Shown here: piece by piece, positions 1 through 6,637 of the stretch
How positions within the stretch are numbered: position 1 is the stretch's first letter
Layout: each line of letters opens with the position of its first letter
Position numbers and translations under genes: made by a program
Assembly: GCA_965261085.1 (NCBI GenBank)
Contig: OZ253442.1
Coordinates: forward strand, 1,952,001 to 2,016,000
Length of the DNA stretch: 64,000 nt
Reading direction: 5' to 3'
From: a bacterium
GTDB taxonomy: Bacteria; UBA8248
Notes under the pieces: model-generated
The model's database searches: none
Seen by the model: the letters and a program-made list of their open reading frames with translations, nothing else
What the model was told of the DNA's origin: nothing

Positions 1-189
1 TGGGCTCATCCGGTTTACAATCAACGAATAAGGCGATTCTGTTTCCGTCGGGTCGAAGCGGTGGTTGTGGGCTTCTATTTTTTCATATTCCACACCTCGC
101 CTGTCGAGTTCATCGAAAAGCTTATTGAACCAATCGGGGTGTTCATAATAAACAGCGATGGGATGGGCAGAACCGTTTAGGTCACTCAC
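1..189 (-). CDS. ATP-grasp / RimK-like ligase, N-terminal part (runs off the window edge)
   Basis: Not in the ORF track. Manual translation from GTG at 189 (overlapping the upstream TGA) gives MSDLNGSAHPIAVYYEHPDWFNKLFDELDRRGVEY...YSLIVNRMSP, which resembles the N-terminus of RimK-like ATP-grasp proteins. Confidence 0.55.
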   Translation of the reverse strand, partial: MSDLNGSAHPIAVYYEHPDWFNKLFDELDRRGVEYEKIEAHNHRFDPTETESPYSLIVNRMSP

Positions 190-638
190 CGGAGCACATT
201 CTCCTCAAATTTTAGCGTATCGAGTACTTGTTGGATTCGTTCATCGACTATCTCGATCATCTTGGGATGAAATCCGAGGTGCGGACCTAAAATGACGTCG
301 ATATCAGGGTATTTCCTCCGGCCTTCTTTAATGAAGACGGGCAAATCCACCTTCACGTGATTGCCCCTGAAAAGAAAGTAAGGGATGACGATGATTCTCT
401 CTGCCCCATTCTCTACACACAAGTCGATTCCTTCGGGGATGGAAGGGTGGCTGATCTCCAAAAATGCGGCCTCTAGTATGCGATGCGGCCAGGCTTTCCG
501 AAAATGATCCACGACGAGGAAAAGCGCATCGTTGGCGTTTTGGGCGCGGCTGCCGTGACCGACGAGCAATACCGCCGTTTTCACTTGGTCCTCGGATGTC
601 TCGTCCAAAAATTCTAATTGCTTTTCTAGGCTAGGCAT
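186..638 (-). CDS. Sirohydrochlorin chelatase (CbiX/SirB family)
   Basis: LLVGHGSR, AFLE..PS, PYFLF.G.H..DLP and LG.HP motifs; lies next to a sulfite reductase and a urogen methyltransferase; start taken at ATG 638. Confidence 0.9.
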   Translation of the reverse strand: MPSLEKQLEFLDETSEDQVKTAVLLVGHGSRAQNANDALFLVVDHFRKAWPHRILEAAFLEISHPSIPEGIDLCVENGAERIIVIPYFLFRGNHVKVDLPVFIKEGRRKYPDIDVILGPHLGFHPKMIEIVDERIQQVLDTLKFEENVLR

Positions 639-2431
639 TCGCCTTCTCCTCTTTCCAATACGTATTGTTTGTCCTGACTCCAATCGATGAACAAATCAGA
701 ATCAGGCTCATCGTTGAATTGACCAACAAGGTGAAACTCTTGCAACAGGTCTTCGAAAGACGCACTGCCCTGACGATCCAAAAACTCGTTGAAACGCTCG
801 CCTTCGCTCCTGTATTCCTGGTAGTGAGACAACATCTTCTTCAGTGCATCGGGAACACGCTTCGCAGGAATTCGAACCTGTATACGTTTGCCGATGCGGA
901 TTTCTCCATCAGTGCTATCGTATTGGCCACCGAGGAAAATTTCATAAGCAGGCAGCATCGCGCCGTTCGCTCTAAGCGTTCCTCCATGAAAGCCGATGTT
1001 GGCGATATGGTGCTGGCCGCACGAATTCGGGCAACCGCTCATCTTGATGTGCATCTCCCGCGTGAGCGGGTCCTGATCGACTTCTTGGAGTGTTTCGCGC
1101 ATGGCGTTCGCCAAGCCCATTGAGGAGGTAATGCCGAGCTTGCATGAATCCGTTCCCGGGCAGGAAACCACATCAGATATCTCGCGGGCGCCTTTTTCGG
1201 CGAGTCCGATGCGATGAAGCTCTTTCCATAGGGGATAAAGCTCTCCTTCGCGCACCCATCTGAGGACAAGGTTTTGCTCGAAACTCGTTCTTGCGCGGCC
1301 TCTCGCAAAACGCCGGGTGAGGTCGGCTAAGGCGAAGAACTGACCTGTAAGAATATTTCCCAATGGTAGCTTGATCTCGACGGCGAAATAGCCTTCTTGC
1401 CTCTGCGCGGTGACGTTTGTATTTCTCCAGGCGTAATAATCCGCCGCATCGCCATTCGGGTTTGCTGCCACGCAGTTCAAGGTGTTCAAGACGGGTGGAG
1501 CGTCGGCTTCTTCATCATCTTTCCAAAGATAGGGCTCGGGATTGATGGGCTCTTTCGCCCAATCCTTCTTGAGCTCCTCCTCGACACGCTCGCGCAGTCC
1601 GTCTATACCGATCCAACTCACCAAAAACTTAATGCGCGCCTTGAAGCGGGATTTGCGGAGTTCAGCAGCCTGGTCAAAAACCCGGATAAGGGCTTCGCTC
1701 ACCCTCAGGAAATCGGACACCGGAACGAATTCGTACAGCACTTCAGCGGTACGCGCGAAAGTGGCGAGGCCGCCGCCAACGAGCATCTTGAAGCCATGCA
1801 CGGGGATTCCTTCCACTTCTTTAATGAGGGGAATGAACCCAATGTCATGAATTCCGCCGACTACGCAGTCCGAAGAACAACTGGAGAACGCCACTTTGAA
1901 TTTGCGCGGTAGGTCCTGTGTGAAATCCTTACGAACGAAGTAACGGGCGAAGGCACCTGCATATGGTGTGGTATCGAAAACCTGATCCTTACAAACGCCC
2001 GCATAGGGACAACCGGTGACGTTTCTCACGCTATTTCCACATGCTTCACGCGTGGTTAGCCCCACTTCGCCCAGAAGTCTCAAAACATCAGCGGCCTCGT
2101 CGAGAGGGACGAAATGAAACTGCACGTTTTCCCGTGTCGTGACGTGGCCTTTTCCTAATGGCGCGAAATCACGGGATACGCGCCCCAGGGCTTCGAGTTG
2201 CGAAGCACTCAGGCCGCCGAAAGGTATTTTCACGCGCACCATCTGAACATCCGCCTGACGCTGCCCATATACGCCGCGTCTTAGCCGATAGGGAAGAAAC
2301 TCGCTGTTATCGATTTCACCGTTTCGGAACCTGGTGGCTTGCGTTTCAAAATCATCTAATTCTTCGGGAATCACCGGAATGACGCCCAATGTTTCCCGGG
2401 ATAGTGGTTTTCGTGATTCTTCGTGCATCAC
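626..2431 (-). CDS. Ferredoxin-dependent nitrite/sulfite reductase (siroheme, 4Fe-4S)
   Basis: GVYGQRQ, TTRENVQ, ACGNSVRN, LPRKFK, CPGTDSCKLG and SGCPNSCGQH motifs. Confidence 0.92.
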   Translation of the reverse strand: MMHEESRKPLSRETLGVIPVIPEELDDFETQATRFRNGEIDNSEFLPYRLRRGVYGQRQADVQMVRVKIPFGGLSASQLEALGRVSRDFAPLGKGHVTTRENVQFHFVPLDEAADVLRLLGEVGLTTREACGNSVRNVTGCPYAGVCKDQVFDTTPYAGAFARYFVRKDFTQDLPRKFKVAFSSCSSDCVVGGIHDIGFIPLIKEVEGIPVHGFKMLVGGGLATFARTAEVLYEFVPVSDFLRVSEALIRVFDQAAELRKSRFKARIKFLVSWIGIDGLRERVEEELKKDWAKEPINPEPYLWKDDEEADAPPVLNTLNCVAANPNGDAADYYAWRNTNVTAQRQEGYFAVEIKLPLGNILTGQFFALADLTRRFARGRARTSFEQNLVLRWVREGELYPLWKELHRIGLAEKGAREISDVVSCPGTDSCKLGITSSMGLANAMRETLQEVDQDPLTREMHIKMSGCPNSCGQHHIANIGFHGGTLRANGAMLPAYEIFLGGQYDSTDGEIRIGKRIQVRIPAKRVPDALKKMLSHYQEYRSEGERFNEFLDRQGSASFEDLLQEFHLVGQFNDEPDSDLFIDWSQDKQYVLERGEGECLA

Positions 2432-2498
2432 ATGCTCCTCACGTGAACAGCTAAGTAAATATCGGATGATGAATGGGAGTCAGGCCGAAGCCCGGCTT

Positions 2499-3308
2499 TT
2501 ACGAAATGGCTTTGTTTAAGAATGCTTCCGGGAGACAGCGCCAGGAGATTTCTTGACTTTCATCGGCCTCGAACCAAACCAGGTCTTCAAGGCCGGCGAC
2601 TGGGCCTACGAGAAAAACAGCAGGTGGAGATATTTCTTCGCGTTGCGCGAGACTAGATGCTTCTCCCAAAAGACAGCGGTAGGCTGACTGCCTGTTGGTG
2701 GTTCCATTTTCAATAATGGCGGTGGGCGTGTCTTTCGACATTCCGTTTTCGATCAGAGCGGCTGATATGCGTCCGATGGAGCGTGCGCCCATGAGGAAAA
2801 CGAGTGTCCCCCTATCCTTCGCCAGATGCGCATAATCCACCTGTGTTTTCGGTTTGCCGGGATCTTCATGGGCGGTCACGACGGTGAACGATGAGGCGAT
2901 GTTTCGGTGTGTGACGGGTATTCCCGCATAGGTGGGCACAGCCAAGGCGGAACTGATTCCTGGTATGATTTCAAAATGAACACCGGCTTCTGCCAGGGCT
3001 TGCGCCTCCTCGCCGCCACGCCCGAACACGAAAGGGTCCCCACCTTTCAGGCGCACCACCTGAAAACCACGATGAGCGAAATGGATGAGAGATTTGTTGA
3101 TGTCATCTTGATTCATGATATGACGGCCGCTGGATTTTCCAGCATTGATGAGTTCGCAGCTTTCCGGGCAAAGTTGTAGAATCTCAGGGTTCACGAGGCG
3201 GTCATAAATCACCACGTCCGCATTTGATAAGGCTTTCGCCGCCTTGAGTGTAAGCAAGTCCGGGTCCCCAGGACCTGCTCCCACAATATGCACCTTTCCT
3301 TGATACAT
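2499..3308 (-). CDS. cobA: Uroporphyrinogen-III C-methyltransferase
   Basis: VGAGPGDPDLLT and VVRLKGGDPFVFGRGGEE motifs. Confidence 0.93.
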   Translation of the reverse strand: MYQGKVHIVGAGPGDPDLLTLKAAKALSNADVVIYDRLVNPEILQLCPESCELINAGKSSGRHIMNQDDINKSLIHFAHRGFQVVRLKGGDPFVFGRGGEEAQALAEAGVHFEIIPGISSALAVPTYAGIPVTHRNIASSFTVVTAHEDPGKPKTQVDYAHLAKDRGTLVFLMGARSIGRISAALIENGMSKDTPTAIIENGTTNRQSAYRCLLGEASSLAQREEISPPAVFLVGPVAGLEDLVWFEADESQEISWRCLPEAFLNKAIS

Positions 3309-3483
3309 GAGAGATTCCTATCTAAAGTCTAATTTTTTCTTTTTATTGTTAAGTAGATTACTTAACTTTTTCGGAAAATATTCCGCTTTTGTACTTTTGT
3401 CAACCCAATCAAGCGTTTATTCTTAGGTTGTTTTGTCTGGGATGATGTTGTAGATGTCCATCGCTATAGAGAAGGTGCGAATA

Positions 3484-4083
3484 ATGAGTGAAAAACCCAA
3501 GTGTTTTGAAGTTGCTTTGCGTCTCATCGATGAAGCGAATTCGCAGGATCCGAATACCGAGAAATTCGAGGGCGAAGATTACCCCAAAGAGCTTTTGTAT
3601 TCGATGAGAATGACAAAATGGCTCGAAACCGTGGAGCCGCACGCTTCCGAAGCCCTGCGTCTGGCGGTTCGCAGTCAACATATACGCCGGTGGGACATTC
3701 CTCGATCGGATTATCCTCCCGGTCGGAAAGGATATCACCAATGGCGGACCCGTCTTTACGACTATCATGGGGAGAAAGCGGCCGAAATTCTCAAAAAGGT
3801 GGATTACGATGAGGAAACAATAGCCCGTGTGCGAATGCTGTTGAAAAAGCAGGGTTTGAAGACCAACACGGAAACCCAGACACTCGAGGATGTCGCCTGT
3901 TTGGTGTTTTTGGAGAGTTATTTATGGGATTTCTCCCGGCTGTATGATGAGGAGAAAATCATCGACATCTTGCGGAAAACGTGGCGGAAAATGTCCGCGC
4001 GCGGACAGGAGGCCGCCAGGGAGCTTTCCTTGAATGCAGGTGCGGGAGCGTTGTTGCACAAGGCGCTCGCGCCTGAAAATTAG
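3484..4083 (+). CDS. DUF4202-family protein
   Basis: DEANSQDPN, ELLYS.RM, QHIRRW.IPRSDYP.GR.GY..WR and LEDVACLVFLE motifs. Confidence 0.8.
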   Translation: MSEKPKCFEVALRLIDEANSQDPNTEKFEGEDYPKELLYSMRMTKWLETVEPHASEALRLAVRSQHIRRWDIPRSDYPPGRKGYHQWRTRLYDYHGEKAAEILKKVDYDEETIARVRMLLKKQGLKTNTETQTLEDVACLVFLESYLWDFSRLYDEEKIIDILRKTWRKMSARGQEAARELSLNAGAGALLHKALAPEN

Positions 4084-4191
4084 TGGGAAACGGCTATTTT
4101 CAAAAGCTTTAACCCCGCTTTCTCATCCGCGTTCTTGTGGTGTATGATTCGGGCGCAATGTTTCTTTATGGCTCATCTTAAGGAGAAAATC

Positions 4192-4851
4192 ATGAACGTC
4201 ACCATGTGGAACTGCTACGTCTGACCTTACGCATATAGGGCCATGGAATGGCTCGTTCGCCTTCAGGAGAAAAGAAGCGATCTGAAAGTGGATTACAAGG
4301 CCTTCGTGCTGGAGCAGGCGAATTTCGGCCCGGCGCGGGGCGAGGACTGGAAAGCCTGGGAAGACAAGACTTTCCCGAGCAGGGATCTCCCCCCGCATCA
4401 GGCGGCCAAGTGCGCGGCGCTGCAGGGCGAGACGCAGTTCGACAAGTACCACGTGGCGCTCCACCGGGCGAGGCACCGCGACGGCAAGGATATCACCAGC
4501 GAGCTGGTTCTGCGCGATATCGCCGTGGAGGTGGGCCTCGACGTCGATCGCTGGGAGGAGGACATGAAGAGCGGCGCCACCATCCCCTTCATCGCGCAAG
4601 AGCATGAGGACGCGGCGGAGCAGGGCATTTTCGGCGTTCCCACGCTCGATTTCGGCGAGGGCAAGCCCGTTTTCGTGAAACTAGAGGAAGGCGATTGGGA
4701 AAACGAGGGCGATGAGCAGGGTCTGCTCGACGCCGTAAAGGCCACCTCGGCCGAGCGGCCCTATTTGTTGGAGCTCAAGACGCCCGAATCCGCCAAGCGC
4801 AGCTCTTCCTCTTCGAAGAAGTATGAGAAATATGGGGTGAAGGCGCGATAA
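4192..4851 (+). CDS. DsbA/FrnE-like thioredoxin-fold oxidoreductase, probable selenoprotein (in-frame UGA at codon 11, C-Y-V-U-P)
   Basis: AGGAG RBS at 4181; ATG 4192 is in frame with the 4243 ORF; MNVTMWNCYV-TGA-PYAYRAMEW places the UGA at the catalytic Cys position; cis-Pro motif GIFGVPT downstream. Confidence 0.8.
4238..4254 (+). promoter_or_regulatory. Candidate bacterial SECIS hairpin
   Basis: GGGCCAT-GGA-ATGGCTC stem-loop; the G-starting apical loop lies 20 nt after the UGA at 4222-4224. Confidence 0.55.
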
Positions 4852-4885
4852 TGCGCCATAAACGCCCTCGAGGAGCCTCCATGCC

Positions 4886-5239
4886 ATGAGCGAAGCAGAG
4901 GATAAGGCCCATCCGGTAGATCTCACGGTGGATAAGACCGCGCGCGAGTTTCGCGTCGAGTGGGCGGGCGGGGAGAAGAGCGCCTACGGCTTCGATTACC
5001 TCGCTGCCCTTTGTCCGTGCGCGAATTGCAGGGAGGAGCGCAAGGCGCGCGAGAAAAACCCCCTCACCGTCCTCTCGGGGCCGAGCGGGCCGACAGAACT
5101 TGAAAACGTGGAGATGGTGGGGCGCTACGCCCTCAATTTCATCTGGCGGGGCGGTTGCGGCGCGGGAATCTATTCGTTTGACTATCTCTACGAGATCGCT
5201 CCTGAGCGCGCGAAGAGCGCAGGCGAAGGGGAGGCGTAA
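4886..5239 (+). CDS. DUF971 / GBBH-like N-terminal domain protein
   Basis: LCPCANC and VG.YAL.FIW..G..GIYSFDYL motifs. Confidence 0.8.
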   Translation: MSEAEDKAHPVDLTVDKTAREFRVEWAGGEKSAYGFDYLAALCPCANCREERKAREKNPLTVLSGPSGPTELENVEMVGRYALNFIWRGGCGAGIYSFDYLYEIAPERAKSAGEGEA

Positions 5240-5442
5240 ATCGTGCCGACCCGTACACCGGAAGCCAAGGATGAGAAGTATCAAACTCAACCGGAGCAAA
5301 AAGCCTGCCCCACGTGAGTGGGCGGCTGGTTCCGCGCCGTGGCGTGGGTTTTCATGTGGATGAAGAGGAAGATACTGGGGTAGCCAGCCGATAAATCACA
5401 TTATGAAAATCGCGTAGAAGCGATGAAACGTGCGCAATATCA

Positions 5443-5472
5443 AACCCCTCGCCGGAGCGGGGGGTTTTCTTT
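5443..5472 (+). terminator. Rho-independent terminator
   Basis: AAACCCCTCGC-CGGA-GCGGGGGGTTTT followed by a T-rich tail. Confidence 0.75.
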
Positions 5473-5640
5473 TATCGGTTGATGAGCAGATTCGCGCCCG
5501 AGGCGATTACCAGGACGCCCACGATTCTCTTGAGCGTGAGGGCCGAGACGTTCTTGAGCAGATACGCCCCGTAAACGCCGCCCACGATGGCGCCCAAAAC
5601 CAGAAGACCTGCCCCTATCCAGTCAAAATCGTTCTCATTT
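5472..5640 (-). pseudogene. Orphan 3' fragment of a TauE/SafE-like membrane exporter
   Basis: Translates to ...DFDWIGAGLLVLGAIVGGVYGAYLLKNVSALTLKRIVGVLVIASGANLLINR*; in-frame stop upstream and no start codon. Confidence 0.55.
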
Positions 5641-6040
5641 TCAAGAATACTTGTTTTTTATCAACCAGTTATGACGATTATCGAATGTTTCACTGCAACT
5701 ACGGCCATCTCCGGATCCGTCTCGTTTTCCGGCGATTTATTTGTCGGAAATTTATCGAAAAACGTCGTGAATTTATCGATATTTATCGTATTGTTTCAGC
5801 CTTTTTATCGATTTTTCTCCGCCGATTCCTGCGTAATCAATCGCGACTGAGGAAGAAGCGATTGACGCGAGTGAGGAGCGAGCGTTTGTCGACCGACCGA
5901 AGTCAATCCCGCCCGATGCCGAATCGCCGTTTCCATTTTCTCCCCTCCTCCAAGTGCCGGGAACACTTATCTGCTCGCGCGAAATTCTCGCCCATCCCGA
6001 CGAAAATCCGATGACGGCAAATGCGGGAAGATGCGCGCCA

Positions 6041-6140
6041 TCACTCCCCCCTTGAGGGTGAATTCCGACTGAAGAAGGAGGGATTCTCGCGATTGAAGAA
6101 TGAGCGATTGTTCCGACAGATGATGGAGGGACTGCCAAGC
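6041..6140. repeat. Partial large palindromic repeat followed by three tandem mini-hairpin units
   Basis: TCACTCCCCCCTTGAGGG, then ~24-nt units CCGACTGAAGAAGGAGGGATT / GCGATTGAAGAATGAGCGATT / CCGACAGATGATGGAGGGACT. Confidence 0.7.
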
Positions 6141-6300
6141 GAGGAGGGAGGAAGGAAGGTTTGCGAAGGAATGGTGAGGATGTGGCTTCGTGTGGGGTCA
6201 GACATTTATGTCTGCCACCCATGTGTCCGCCCGGTTTTGCTTCGTCATTCCGGCGCATGCCGGAATCTAGAACCGAGGAGGGAGGGATTGTGCGCGTCTC

Positions 6301-6497
6301 ATCACTCCCCCCTTGAGGGGGAGTCGGCAAGATGAGGGCATATGCCCGAAGTCGCGCCGGTGGGGGGAGATTTAGTTTGAGAGTTATTTATATCGCTCCT
6401 GATCAATCCTCCCTTATAAGTCGTGATTACCCCCCACCGCATCAGCCTTCGCCCAAAGCGCTCGGCTTCCTCGACTCCCCCTCAAGGGGGGAGTGAT
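6301..6497. repeat. Complete REP/MITE-like element (family A)
   Basis: Ends ATCACTCCCCCCTTGAGGGGGAGTCG ... CGACTCCCCCTCAAGGGGGGAGTGAT are inverted repeats and each is itself palindromic; related copies at 10422, 13542, 50376 and 50508. Confidence 0.85.
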
Positions 6498-6637
6498 TCC
6501 CCACTGGATGAACCCCACCAAGGAGGAATCGCGCCGGAAAATGTGCGATATTTACGTCCCATGAAAGCCACGAGGAATAGCTTGCTCCGCCATACGTCCC
6601 CAAGCGCCTCCCGGCGCGGCATCGCCTGAGGCTGGAC

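Noticed and set aside
5650-5815. Several TTTATCG motifs in an AT-rich stretch as an operator or iteron array
   Set aside because: Spacing is irregular and the motif is short and low in complexity; no linked regulator or rep gene is seen.
5990-6030. Short motif CCCATCCCGACGAAAA...CGGC.AATGCGG shared in inverted form with 61503-61541
   Set aside because: The similarity is real, but there are only two clear copies, both beside the other repeats; treated as part of the repeat mosaic rather than a separate system.
6060-6160. Tandem ~24-nt units as a CRISPR array
   Set aside because: The units are adjacent and degenerate, with no unique spacers and no cas genes; they are copies of the mini-hairpin repeat.
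5430-6629. ORFs 5430-6014, 5773-6330, 6021-6335 and 6423-6629
   Set aside because: They are translations of repeat DNA (TPPQGGS / HSPLEGE) or the antisense of a gene remnant, with no protein-like features.
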